This document shows, one piece after another, positions 18,330 to 27,359 of a stretch of DNA of 32,000 nt. Numbering within the stretch: the first letter of the stretch is position 1; each line of letters opens with the position of its first letter. The translations under genes were made by a program, and so were the position numbers. The stretch covers positions 450,001 to 482,000 of the forward strand of contig NC_000916.1 in assembly GCF_000008645.1 (NCBI RefSeq), written 5' to 3'. The DNA comes from Methanothermobacter thermautotrophicus str. Delta H (lineage in GTDB: Archaea > Methanobacteriota > Methanobacteria > Methanobacteriales > Methanothermobacteraceae). The notes beneath the pieces were generated by a model. The model had not been told where the DNA came from and ran no database searches. It saw nothing but the letters and a program-made list of their open reading frames with translations.

Positions 18330-18879
18330 GGTGTCTGATAGGACCATCCTGGTAATTGTGGCTGTCATGGTTATCCTCGCCGGGGCGGCGGTGGCACTGC
18401 AGCTCATGGACACCTGCAGCACTTCAGGTGCCGGTGAAGAGGCTATCATCAAAAAAACAGATGATGGATACTACCTCAACCTCCAGGCAGCCCTGGAGCT
18501 TGCAGAGATGGACCCTCGCAATGGAACCGTGAACTACAGGGGCTTCAACTTCACCGGACCACAGCGCCTCTACATCTTCTCAAGGGCCGTGGTAATGATA
18601 GGATTCAATGACACTGGCATGATACACGTCAGGGATTACGGGGGACCTGAGGACCCCTACGGCTACCTTGACACCGCCACCCTCACAGAGAGCGAGTACC
18701 TTGACATGGCAGAGCGCACCTACACATGGATGGAATCCCATGGCAGAAGCCCCAACCATGTGGGGATCTACGTGAAGGGCTCACCTGATATAACGCCAGA
18801 GCTTGCAGAGAAGATCTTCAGGGAGGTCCTCCTTGAATACATGAGGACAGGAATGCTCCCTGAAATCATAAGCGTCTGA
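18322..18879 (+). CDS. Membrane-anchored protein with C-terminal pseudomurein-binding repeats (PMBR)
   Basis: N-terminal TM (ILVIVAVMVILAGAAVAL). C-terminal SEYLDMAERTYTWMESHGRSPNHVGI and ITPELAEKIFREVLLEYMRTGMLPEIISV resemble the PMBR consensus (..A.R....+...G+.PN.V.. / ..LP..+.V). The start is TTG 18322 or GTG 18331. Confidence 0.65.
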   Translation: MIEVSDRTILVIVAVMVILAGAAVALQLMDTCSTSGAGEEAIIKKTDDGYYLNLQAALELAEMDPRNGTVNYRGFNFTGPQRLYIFSRAVVMIGFNDTGMIHVRDYGGPEDPYGYLDTATLTESEYLDMAERTYTWMESHGRSPNHVGIYVKGSPDITPELAEKIFREVLLEYMRTGMLPEIISV

Positions 18880-18891
18880 AGAACCATTCCC

Positions 18892-18901
18892 TTATTTTTT
18901 T
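18892..18901 (+). terminator. Oligo-T tract (TTATTTTTTT) after the PMBR gene
   Basis: T7 run 15 nt after the stop. Confidence 0.45.
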
Positions 18902-19018
18902 AACAGGGATACCCATAAATCCTGTTACTGACAGATCAGAGAGTATCTGAATAGGTGCGTCAGCAGAACCAGAGAGAATAACTGTGAACCCCACAGAATC
19001 ACAGAGGGATGCGATAAC

Positions 19019-19720
19019 TTGAGAAGGAAACTGATCTTAACGCTACTTGTCTTAACCCTGATTACTGCAACATACTACCTTATGGACCCCTTTGCGCCCT
19101 CTCAGGGCATCCATGAGTCTCCAGATGATGTCATCGGCTCGGATGAACTTGGAACCGTTGAAAGGCTGGGACCCTATGGTAACCATGATTCATCCATCAG
19201 GATAGCCATAATAACCGGCGTCCACCCCCTGGAGGCGAAGGCCCACAGTGCCATGATACAGGCTGTGGAGGAGAACTCAGACAGCCTCAGGTACATGTAC
19301 GTCATCTACCATGTGAATGTAACCCGGGCCCCATCAGACTATGAGAAGGGGAGGATGGCTGGCCAGATACTCGCAAGAAGGTACGTGGTCCCTGACATCT
19401 CGGCCGGAGACTACGACCTTGCCGTTGATGTGCACTCCAACAGGGGCAACTACGCCATGAGGAGGTTCGTATTCACACCACTTCCTGAGGATAGGAGCAG
19501 AAGGATAGCCCTGGAACTCTCATCGAGGATCAGCTGGCTATCCTACCACTTCCCGGAGTCGCAGACAAGCCCGGCCTATGTGACAGAACCCCTTATAAGG
19601 AACGGGACACCTGCAATCCTCTATGAAAACTTCATGTACCAGGACCAATCCAGGACACTTGAAAATGCCAGGGAATTCCTGATGACACTCGACTCACTTG
19701 ACGTGTCCATGTTCAACTGA
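19019..19720 (+). CDS. Membrane-anchored putative zinc peptidase/amidase (HxxE ... H pattern, M14/AstE- or poly-gamma-glutamate-hydrolase-like; tentative)
   Basis: TTG start giving MRRKLILTLLVLTLITATYYL (signal anchor). IAIITGVHPLEAKAH and DLAVDVHSNRG sit at positions consistent with an HxxE..H metal site. The family call is weak. Confidence 0.4.
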   Translation: MRRKLILTLLVLTLITATYYLMDPFAPSQGIHESPDDVIGSDELGTVERLGPYGNHDSSIRIAIITGVHPLEAKAHSAMIQAVEENSDSLRYMYVIYHVNVTRAPSDYEKGRMAGQILARRYVVPDISAGDYDLAVDVHSNRGNYAMRRFVFTPLPEDRSRRIALELSSRISWLSYHFPESQTSPAYVTEPLIRNGTPAILYENFMYQDQSRTLENAREFLMTLDSLDVSMFN

Positions 19721-19821
19721 GAGAACAGCCACCACCGGATCAATCAGGAAGTCACCAGCGAAGGTCCCTTGAGAAAACCACCGCCAGATTAATATACGTG
19801 GTGGATGAAATATTATAGTCG

Positions 19822-20004
19822 ATGATACACTACAGAATGGACCAGCCAGACAGGGTGAGGTGCAGTGTCTGCGGCGGCATCGCAGATGAGGTCGATGAGA
19901 CCTACCCTGAAGAGGGGGACTTCATCCTGGTGATCTACAGGTGCCGTGACTGTGGCCATCTAGAGAAGCGCCAGTACGGTAAACCCGTGAAGATAATTGA
20001 TTGA
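19822..20004 (+). CDS. Small zinc-ribbon protein (CxxC ... CxxC)
   Basis: RCSVCGG ... YRCRDCGH. Its stop is 9 nt before the DUF169 gene. The start is uncertain (19822 or 19837). Confidence 0.5.
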   Translation: MIHYRMDQPDRVRCSVCGGIADEVDETYPEEGDFILVIYRCRDCGHLEKRQYGKPVKIID

Positions 20005-20013
20005 GGTGATCCA

Positions 20014-20700
20014 ATGGTTGATGTGTGCGGTGTTAATGGATACGATGAGATCTCAGGAAAACTGAAGGACCTCCTGGGGCTTGAAAAATCCCCGGTGGCA
20101 ATTAAACTCGTTCTGAGGGAGGATGACCTCCCTGAGGGTGTTGAAAAGATAGGAAAACCAGCAAGGCACTGTGAAATGGTCCAGATGGCTGCAGCTGGTG
20201 AGGTATTCTATGCCACCGCAGAGGCCCAGGCATGCAAGGGAGGTGCCGATGCCCTCGGAATCGATGAGGCCCCTGAGAAGGTCAAAACAGGAGAGTTCTA
20301 CTATGACCTTGGACGTTTTGCAAGCTTTGCATCAGCCAAGAGGACCTTCGATAGGATACCATCCGTTGACCTCAGGTTCTATGCAGCAGTCTACGCTCCC
20401 CTCGAGAAGGCCACATTCGACCCTGACGTCATAGTGATAATCTGCAACCCTGCCCAGGCCATGAAGATCTCACAGGCCCTCGTATACACCCTCGGTGGCC
20501 GTGTGGAGGCAGACTTCTCAGGCATTCAGTCCCTCTGTGCAGATGCCGTTGCAGGGCCATACATGAGGAAGAGACCCAACATAACCATGGGATGCAGCGG
20601 ATCAAGGCAGTACGCGGGTGTGCGGGACGATGAACTCATTGTCGGTCTTAACGGTGAAAACATAGGATGTGTCCTTAACGCCCTTGAGGCCATAAGCTAG
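20014..20700 (+). CDS. DUF169 family protein
   Basis: SPVAIKLV...P.G.....KPARHCEMVQMAAAGEVFYAT.EAQACKGGADALGI ... DPDVIVIICNPAQAMKISQAL ... ITMGCSGSRQYAGVRDDELIVGL matches the DUF169 pattern as I recall it. Perfect GAGGTGATCCA-ATG. Confidence 0.7.
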   Translation: MVDVCGVNGYDEISGKLKDLLGLEKSPVAIKLVLREDDLPEGVEKIGKPARHCEMVQMAAAGEVFYATAEAQACKGGADALGIDEAPEKVKTGEFYYDLGRFASFASAKRTFDRIPSVDLRFYAAVYAPLEKATFDPDVIVIICNPAQAMKISQALVYTLGGRVEADFSGIQSLCADAVAGPYMRKRPNITMGCSGSRQYAGVRDDELIVGLNGENIGCVLNALEAIS

Positions 20701-20720
20701 ACCATCATGGGGGTGATAAA

Positions 20721-20930
20721 GTGGTTGAGACGAAGACCTTCAGGATCCTTGAGGATGTTGCCGACCTTGAGGAGAAGATAAAGAAGTATGAGGGTGAGGC
20801 AGACCAGGAACTTGTGATCAACTGGATCTACGACACCCTTGAGATCCTCAGGAACGTCGGTAAACTCCTCGAGGAGGTTGAGGACCGTCTGGATCTACTT
20901 GAAGAGGAGACCGAGGAAAAGAAATTCTAG
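20721..20930 (+). CDS. Small acidic coiled-coil protein, function unknown
   Basis: GTG start in the canonical SD register (GGGGTGATAAA-GTG). 69 aa, Glu/Leu-rich. Confidence 0.5.
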   Translation: MVETKTFRILEDVADLEEKIKKYEGEADQELVINWIYDTLEILRNVGKLLEEVEDRLDLLEEETEEKKF

Positions 20931-20940
20931 GTCTCCACCT

Positions 20941-20953
20941 TTCTATTTTTTCT
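20941..20953 (+). terminator. Oligo-T tract TTCTATTTTTTCT between convergent genes
   Basis: T6 run 10-20 nt after the stop at 20930. Confidence 0.45.
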
Positions 20954-21012
20954 GGGGAATGAAGAATAACTCCAGTTTTTCCATAATACCGCTGTTCTGG
21001 TGAAGGATAACC

Positions 21013-21678
21013 CTAATTTCCATCAGCATTGGTCCTGAGAAAATGGTCTCTTATCCTCAGGTAGTCACTGTAATGGTTTATGTTCACAAGCTCAATGGGG
21101 CGAGAGGCCTCCACACCATAGAGCCTCACACCGTCCTCCAGCATCATCCAGAGGAGGGGGTTTATGTTGCCATCCCCAAGGGGCAGGTAATCCCTGAGGA
21201 GATCGGCACCTGCTGCAAGGGGCATGCCGATCCCCCGGGCATTATCAAGCCAGCCACTCTCACCCCTCGCAAGGATTGAAACCGTGGACCCATCAGCATG
21301 TTCAGCTATCCTCCTGAGGGTTGCAGGTGATACCGCAGGCTGGTCCCCTGCGGCACAGAGGATTATGTCCCCCCCTGCGGCCCTCACACCCCTCAGTAGT
21401 GACGCTGACAGGGGAACATCCACGGGGTCGTTTCTCACCACACGGACATCCATGCCTGAGAGGGCCTCCTCAACCTCCCCTGCCCTGTGGCCGGTCACGA
21501 CTATGCACTCATCAACCCCCGCCGAGAGGACAGCCTTAACTGTGGCCTCTATGACGGTCACCCCATTGAGGGGGAGCAGGAGTTTGTGGACCGGTTCGAG
21601 GCCAAGTTCAGCCATATCCCGCATCATCCTGCTTCCCCTGCCGGCTGCAGCAACAACAGCTGAGATCATATTACCCAC
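21013..21678 (-). CDS. MobA/MocA-like nucleotidyltransferase (NTP_transf_3 type)
   Basis: ISAVVAAAGRGSRM (G-x-G-x-R-M NTP loop), LL.L.G, VVTGH, and LCAAGDQPAVSPATLRRI (the D-x-P motif). The GTG follows the VanW-like stop codon directly. ATG 21669 is an alternative start. Confidence 0.7.
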   Translation of the reverse strand: MGNMISAVVAAAGRGSRMMRDMAELGLEPVHKLLLPLNGVTVIEATVKAVLSAGVDECIVVTGHRAGEVEEALSGMDVRVVRNDPVDVPLSASLLRGVRAAGGDIILCAAGDQPAVSPATLRRIAEHADGSTVSILARGESGWLDNARGIGMPLAAGADLLRDYLPLGDGNINPLLWMMLEDGVRLYGVEASRPIELVNINHYSDYLRIRDHFLRTNADGN

Positions 21679-22847
21679 CTATGCCGGTTCAAGCCTGTAT
21701 AACCTGGCGTATATCCTTGTATTGGCACCTGAACCCGTTGTCCACATCTCTATGAGTACCGGGTATTTCCCTGTGTTCCGGACCTTTATACCTGTTGCCG
21801 GGTTGAAGCCAAAGAGGACCGCATGGAACTCCCAGGTCATACCCCGCGGGAGGGGCATGCCAGCCGAGGTCACGATGGCCCTCAGGGCCCTTGCAGGTGG
21901 GCATGAACCATGGGATGCATAACCCCCGGGGGCTTCAGGGTCCCTTGATGCTGTGAATCTCACGGTCTCCTTACCCGAGGCCTCACTGCCAGGCGGGATT
22001 ATGGTCCCGTTCCATGCTGAGGCGAAGGCCCTCGCATTGAAGGCCCTCCTGTTATCATCGTACTGGGGGTAGAATCCAAGGTAACTCACTGCACTGGATA
22101 CAAGGGACCTCCTGCTGTTATCAATGTAAACCATCACAGGTGAACCAGAGGGGTAGTTCTCCATGTACTCAAGCACGGTATCGCCAAAGAGTTTCTCTAT
22201 CATCCCTGGAGGTACAGGGAGCCTTCCGTCGCTGAAGTTTGAGAGCTGGTAGTCCAGCGCAATCCTGTCGCCCTCATCGGCCCTCCTGTACCATCTCTTT
22301 ATCCTCTCAATGGATCTGTACCGGTGGGGGACTGTGCTGTTGCTTATGCTCCCTGCCGGTACAAAACGGACCCTTTTTCCATTTTCAACTATCTCCACAC
22401 CATCCTTCCTTTTAACCCCGTAGGTGTAGGGTGTCTTGTAGGCCCAGAGGAAGGTGGGGGGCTCCTCCACCACGAGCCTCTCCCCCTGCACCCTGAGGGA
22501 CCCCGGACCGCTGACGGCGGACCTGCCACTTGCATCCACACCCTCTGTCATCTCGGATATGGGGACATGAACGGCTCCTGTCAGCACGGCCTGGAGGAGG
22601 TTTGATGGGTTGAAGTAGTTGAATTCGTCAAGGATGTAGTCAGGGTGCAGCATGATGGGCACGCTCCTCACCCTGGACTCGTCGATGACGTCCTGGCCCT
22701 CAAGTACTGTACTGCCCAGGGCAGGGCCGCTATCTCCACAGGGTTCTGGGGTTCAACCGTTCCCTCAAGGTACCGGCCGCCAGCCGCTGCAGCTGCAACC
22801 AGAATTATTAAAATGATGACGTGTTTACCTGATAGACTCCTCAGCAT
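21679..22847 (-). CDS. VanW-like domain protein with N-terminal TM anchor; N-terminus frameshifted as assembled
   Basis: C-terminal SHGSCPPARALRAIVTSAGMPL ... GIKVRNTGKYPVLIEMWTT parallels the VanW pattern GGG-x-CQ-x-S..L....AGL ... +F+NTT..P..I..W.T. ATG 22847 reads MLRSLSGKHVIILIILVAAAAAGGRYLEG.. (TM) in another frame, with the frame switch somewhere in 22671-22752. This start overlaps the ligase stop by 23 nt. Confidence 0.6.
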
Positions 22848-25813
22848 ACCTGTATCCCCCCTCTCCTATTATGAGCACCGTGTCATCAGGTCCTGCAAGT
22901 TCAAGGGCCTTCCTGACGGCCTCAGCTACCTGCTCCCTGCTGGCACCCAGGGTGCCTCCACCGGCCCTCATCCTGCTGGACCCTATGTGGACCGCTCTCT
23001 CTCCAAGGATGTCTGAGGCCCTCCTGGCGGCGTAGGATGCTGGTATGACCACATCCGCATCCTTGAGGATCGCTGCAATCTCCCTGTCCCCATCGATCCC
23101 GCTCTCAGATGCCACGGTGTTGACCACTATGAGTCTGCCCTTTCCCCTGAGGTCCTGCATCACTGCCCTGACACCTGCAGGGTTGTGGGCGTAGTCCAGG
23201 ATTATCCTGGGCGACTCTGAGAGTTCCTGGAACCTCCCCGGGACGCCTTTGAATGATTCCAGACCCCGGACTATGTCATCAATTTCCAGTCCCATGGTCC
23301 ATGCGGTTGCAGCTGCCGCCAAGGCGTTGTAGACATTGAATATCCCGGGGGTTGCAAGCCTTACCTCCCTCATCTCCTGACCGATTACGAGCTTGAAGCC
23401 CCCGGGGGATGCCTCGATGGCCATGACATCTGGCTGGGGTCTCAGGTACCCGCAGATGCACTGGTAGTCGCCGAGGTGCCCAATGGTTCTCCTGGTGTAC
23501 CTGAGGGGCTTCCCGCACTTGGGGCACTCCCTGCCCTCAGGCACCACGCCACCGGATTCAGAGCTCTGTATGCCATAGAACACAACCCTCTCACGGGGGA
23601 GTCCGTCTGCAAGGGAGGCTACAATGGGGTCATCTGCATTCAGGACAAGGTCCTCTGCAACCTCCACCATTTCACCCTTGCATTCAATGTAGTCAGAGAA
23701 TCTCCGCCCAGCTGAGAGGTGGTCCCTTGATATGTTTGTTATAACACCCACCGAGACACCTGAGAGCATCGCGGAGCTTCTTATCTCCCCCCTCCTGCCG
23801 AAGGTACCTATCTCAACGACGGCGACGTCACCCGGCAGCCTTGCCTGGAGGGCAGGTACAAGTTCAGTGTTTCCCTGGATGTTCAGGTGGTGCTCCGGGA
23901 CCCTCATACCTGCAACCCGCATTATGGATTTGAGCATGCCAGTGGTTGTTGTTTTCCCGTTTGTCCCTGTAACACCCACCACCGGTTTATCCACAGGGCA
24001 CATGTTGAGTACGTCCTCAACACCTATGACGTCGGCGTCAAGGCCACCTGTGAGGTCAAGGATCTTCCGGTTATTCTCAAGGGCAGGTGTTATGGCCACC
24101 GTCCTCGCCCTCCTGAGTATCTCAGGGTCATGTCCTCCGAGGTCGAGGTGTATGCCCTCCTCCCTCAGCACATCCGCCAGGGGTGTGTCCTCCCGGAGAT
24201 TCCGAGACCACGACCCTGTGGCCCCGGGCCTGAGGTTTCTTGCCATCAGGTCTCCGACGTTCCCCAGACCCCCAAGGACGACCACACAGTCCTCCACGGA
24301 TTTCAGGGCCTCCTCTATGTCGGACCTTACATTTTCGTAGGTGTTGACAACCCCGGGGCCTATGTGAAGGATGGTGTCCCCTGGCTCCGCGATCTCAAGG
24401 GCCCTCCTTATGCTGTCGTATACGCTCTCAGTCTTTATGGTCCTCTCCTCGCCGGCGCCCCACGCCACCTCATCGGCGGCCTCCATGTCTGTGACGCCTG
24501 TTGTCTCGTTCTTTGCACTTACGATGATGGTGTGGGCCCTCTCAGCCAGCACCCTCCCTATCCTTTCCTTGTCCCTCACCGTGAGGGTGTCAGGGTTGTC
24601 GAGGCTCACTATGAGTCTGCCCTGGAACTCCATGCCCTCGAAGAGTTTCTCCATGCTCTCGGGGTTGTGGGCTGCGTCCATGTATACCCTGACACCGTCA
24701 ACCTCGTCTATGAACTCAAATCTGCCCCTTATGCCCCTGAAGTCCTCGATACTCCTCTTAATATCCTCCATGTCGAATCCGAGTATGAGTGCGACGGTTA
24801 TGGCTGCGAGGGCATTTTCAATGTTGAATATGCCCGGGACCCTGAGGTTTATCCTCTCCCTCAGGGGCCCCACAGAGACGGCCTCATCATGTTTCCTGCA
24901 GTTGAGGGCTCCGCAGGTGCTGCAGATGGCTGTCTGTATCTCTGATACATTCAGGGTGAAGGTGGATCCTGCAAGTCCCCTCAGCTCTATATCGGAGGCC
25001 CTGACCTGGATACTGGCTGAGCATGAATCTCCTTCCCATGAATTCAACGGTCCTCCTCTCACCCACACCATAGACCACATTTTCTACTTCAAGGTCGTCC
25101 AGGAGGCTCGATATGACCGGGTCATCACCACATAGTGCCAGAACTCCGCCAGGAGCCATGAGGTCCTTTATTGAGAAGTTCCTCTCAATGTACTCATCGT
25201 AGTTACTGAATTCGTCCATGTGATCCGGTGTGAGGTTTGTCACAACCCCTGCTGAGAGTTCAAGGCCCTCAGCCATCCTTATCGTCCCGTGGGGGAGTTC
25301 AAACACTGCAAGATCCCTGTCGTCGATATCCCCATTTACCACAAGTTCCACGAGGCCCTCTATCACCAGTGAATCCTGGAGTGATGAGAATGATACTGTC
25401 CTGTAACGTGAGGAGAGGATGTGGTCTATCATGTTGGTTGTCGTGGTCTTCCCATCGGTTCCCGCAACTCCGACCATTGGGAGCCCTATGAGTTCATTGA
25501 GGGTCCTCCCTATATCAGAGGTTGTTATGTGGACCAGGTCCCCTGCTTCCCTTACCATTTTACGTACCGGTGCGTCCTGGGGGATGTTGGGTGATATGAA
25601 AACAGCGTCAGCCCAGAGTATGTCCTCCATGCTGTGACCCCCGAACCTGAACATCACGCCCTCATCCTCCATCTCAGCTATCCTCTTCTGGGCCTTCAGG
25701 GGTAGTTCATGGAGTTCCCTGACGTCGTTCACAAGTACCCTGTTGTTCAGGTGGTTGAGCAATCTCGCTGCGGGTCTACCTGCGTTTCCAGCTCCAATCA
25801 CAAGCACTTTCAT
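22825..25813 (-). CDS. Tandem double Mur-ligase-family protein (pseudomurein peptide ligase type); the second unit carries a MurT-type Cys4 zinc ribbon; frameshifted as assembled
   Basis: Track ORFs 24887..25825 and 22825..25080 overlap and join near 25030-25045. Unit 1: MKVLVIGAGNAG.. + GVAGTDGKTTTT + ..DAAHNPESM... Unit 2 (from about 24297): VVVLGGLGNVG + GVTGTNGKTTTT + ECPKCGKPLRYTRRTIGHLGDYQCICGYLRPQP + DYAHNPAGV. There is no stop codon between the units. Confidence 0.8.
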
Positions 25814-26116
25814 GTTCCTGATCAATTAAATGCACCCATAAACGTTTTTATTAAACACGCGTTCCTTCCTGATTAATCTGTGAATAAGAGTCACCTGATG
25901 GCACCCGTCCTGACCGAGGTAGTGGGTGTACCTATGGATCATTCGGTGGGATATCTACCAGAGGCAGTCTACCTAAAGATCCTCACCCGGGAGGATATGT
26001 ATCCACCCATAGACACTCTACCTATAAAGATATGTTCTCATCCTATATAGCTATCAGATCCCGGGTCAGGCATCTGGCTCAGTAATCCATGAACTCCCTG
26101 GAGTGTTAGAGGTGAT

Positions 26117-27331
26117 CTAGAGACAGGATGCAAGTCCCTCAAGTTCCTCCTGGACCCGGATTATCACATCCTGACCGTTACCAGCCACAAGTATCCTCCT
26201 GTACTCCCTGGAGAACTCCCTCACCATTTCAGGGATATCCCCCGGGTCATGGACAGTCAGGATCTCTGATGGAATCCTGAGGCTCTTAAGGTGCTCAAGG
26301 GCCATGTCAACTGTATCATCGAGGCCCGGGAAGAGTACCAGGATTTCGGGTGGAGACTCTGCGATTTCATCAAGAATCCCCAGGCGCCACTCCTCTGATC
26401 TTCGTGGTGTGCCAAGGAATATGACATCAAAATTAGATTCCCTGAGCAGTGCCCTCATGGCGTGGGGGTTATCGGTTTTACCTGCAACTACCAGTGCATC
26501 GTTTACACTGAAGGACCTTATACGGCCAGCCACCGGTCTGAATACTGAGAGGTGCCTGGAGATGACTTCTGAGGGTACCCCGAGGAATTCCAGTGCCTCT
26601 GCAGCGGCCCCAGCGTTGAGCCTGTTGAACTCCCCCTCCAGGACGAGTTCGCCCCTGTAGGGGGTGTACTCCATGACACTGCTGGCCCCTGATGTTAGTT
26701 CCTCCAGGTGGGGTTCATCTGCAGAGATCACCACAGCCCTGCCCTCCAGGAAGCTGGCCACTGATTCCCTGTAGTTCTCCATGGAGCCATGGAAGTTCAG
26801 GTGGTCCTCGCCGAGGTTTGTGATGACGGCCAGATCAATATCGAAGCACTCAGATGCGAATTCAAGGGTCATGTCGCAGACCTCAACCACGATGTAATCG
26901 AATTCCTCCTCAGCTGCCCTCAGGATTACCTCTGTGTATCCATCAAAGCCTCCCCCGGCGTTTCCACCGAGAAGGACCCTCCAGCCTGAACTCTCCAGTA
27001 CATGTGCTATCATTGACGCCGTCGTGGTCTTCCCGTTGGTCCCTGTAACTGCAACGGTGACAGGGACCCTGTGCCCCCTGAGTACCCTGCAGAGAAGCCT
27101 GTCACTGAAGCTCTCCCAGAGCCCCGTGCCAAAGATCGAGGGGCTCAGCACCACAGCATCCGATGATGCTATCCTTTCGGTGTCATGGAAGCCCAGGTCA
27201 ACGTCCACACCCTCGAGGTTCAGATCAATGTCCGCCCTTATATCACTGGCGTATACCCTGTGTCCCCTCCTCCTGAGGGATTCAACAGCCTTTAAACCCT
27301 CAGCTCCAAGTCCCAGAACCGCAACCTTCAT
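26117..27331 (-). CDS. Mur-ligase-family protein (MurD-like N-terminal Rossmann domain; pseudomurein peptide ligase type)
   Basis: MKVAVLGLGAEG, AVTGTNGKTTT (P-loop), ITNLGEDHL, and a C-terminal domain. CGGTGAATCA-ATG is in the canonical SD register. Confidence 0.85.
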   Translation of the reverse strand: MKVAVLGLGAEGLKAVESLRRRGHRVYASDIRADIDLNLEGVDVDLGFHDTERIASSDAVVLSPSIFGTGLWESFSDRLLCRVLRGHRVPVTVAVTGTNGKTTTASMIAHVLESSGWRVLLGGNAGGGFDGYTEVILRAAEEEFDYIVVEVCDMTLEFASECFDIDLAVITNLGEDHLNFHGSMENYRESVASFLEGRAVVISADEPHLEELTSGASSVMEYTPYRGELVLEGEFNRLNAGAAAEALEFLGVPSEVISRHLSVFRPVAGRIRSFSVNDALVVAGKTDNPHAMRALLRESNFDVIFLGTPRRSEEWRLGILDEIAESPPEILVLFPGLDDTVDMALEHLKSLRIPSEILTVHDPGDIPEMVREFSREYRRILVAGNGQDVIIRVQEELEGLASCL

Positions 27332-27359
27332 TGATTCACCGTTAACTGCTCTTTAAGGA

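Noticed and set aside
21224-21922. 232-aa plus-strand ORF
   Set aside because: It is antisense to the MobA-like and VanW-like genes, has shadow-ORF composition and no SD.
24297-24358. Possible gene boundary between the two Mur-ligase units: a shift at CCCCGGGG 24351-24358 would give ..HIGPGLSTPTKM-stop at 24327-24329, with a GTG restart at 24297 or 24285
   Set aside because: The in-frame reading VVNTYENVRSDIEEALKSVED resembles the genuine C-terminal helix of the paralogue (QDVIIRVQEELEGLASCL), so the fused reading is favoured. It is kept only as a caveat.
23732-25135. Three long plus-strand ORFs (23732..24340, 23887..24945, 24371..25135)
   Set aside because: All are antisense to the Mur-ligase gene, whose P-loops and domain motifs are unambiguous. 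Their translations are Pro/Ser/Arg-rich with no recognisable motifs.
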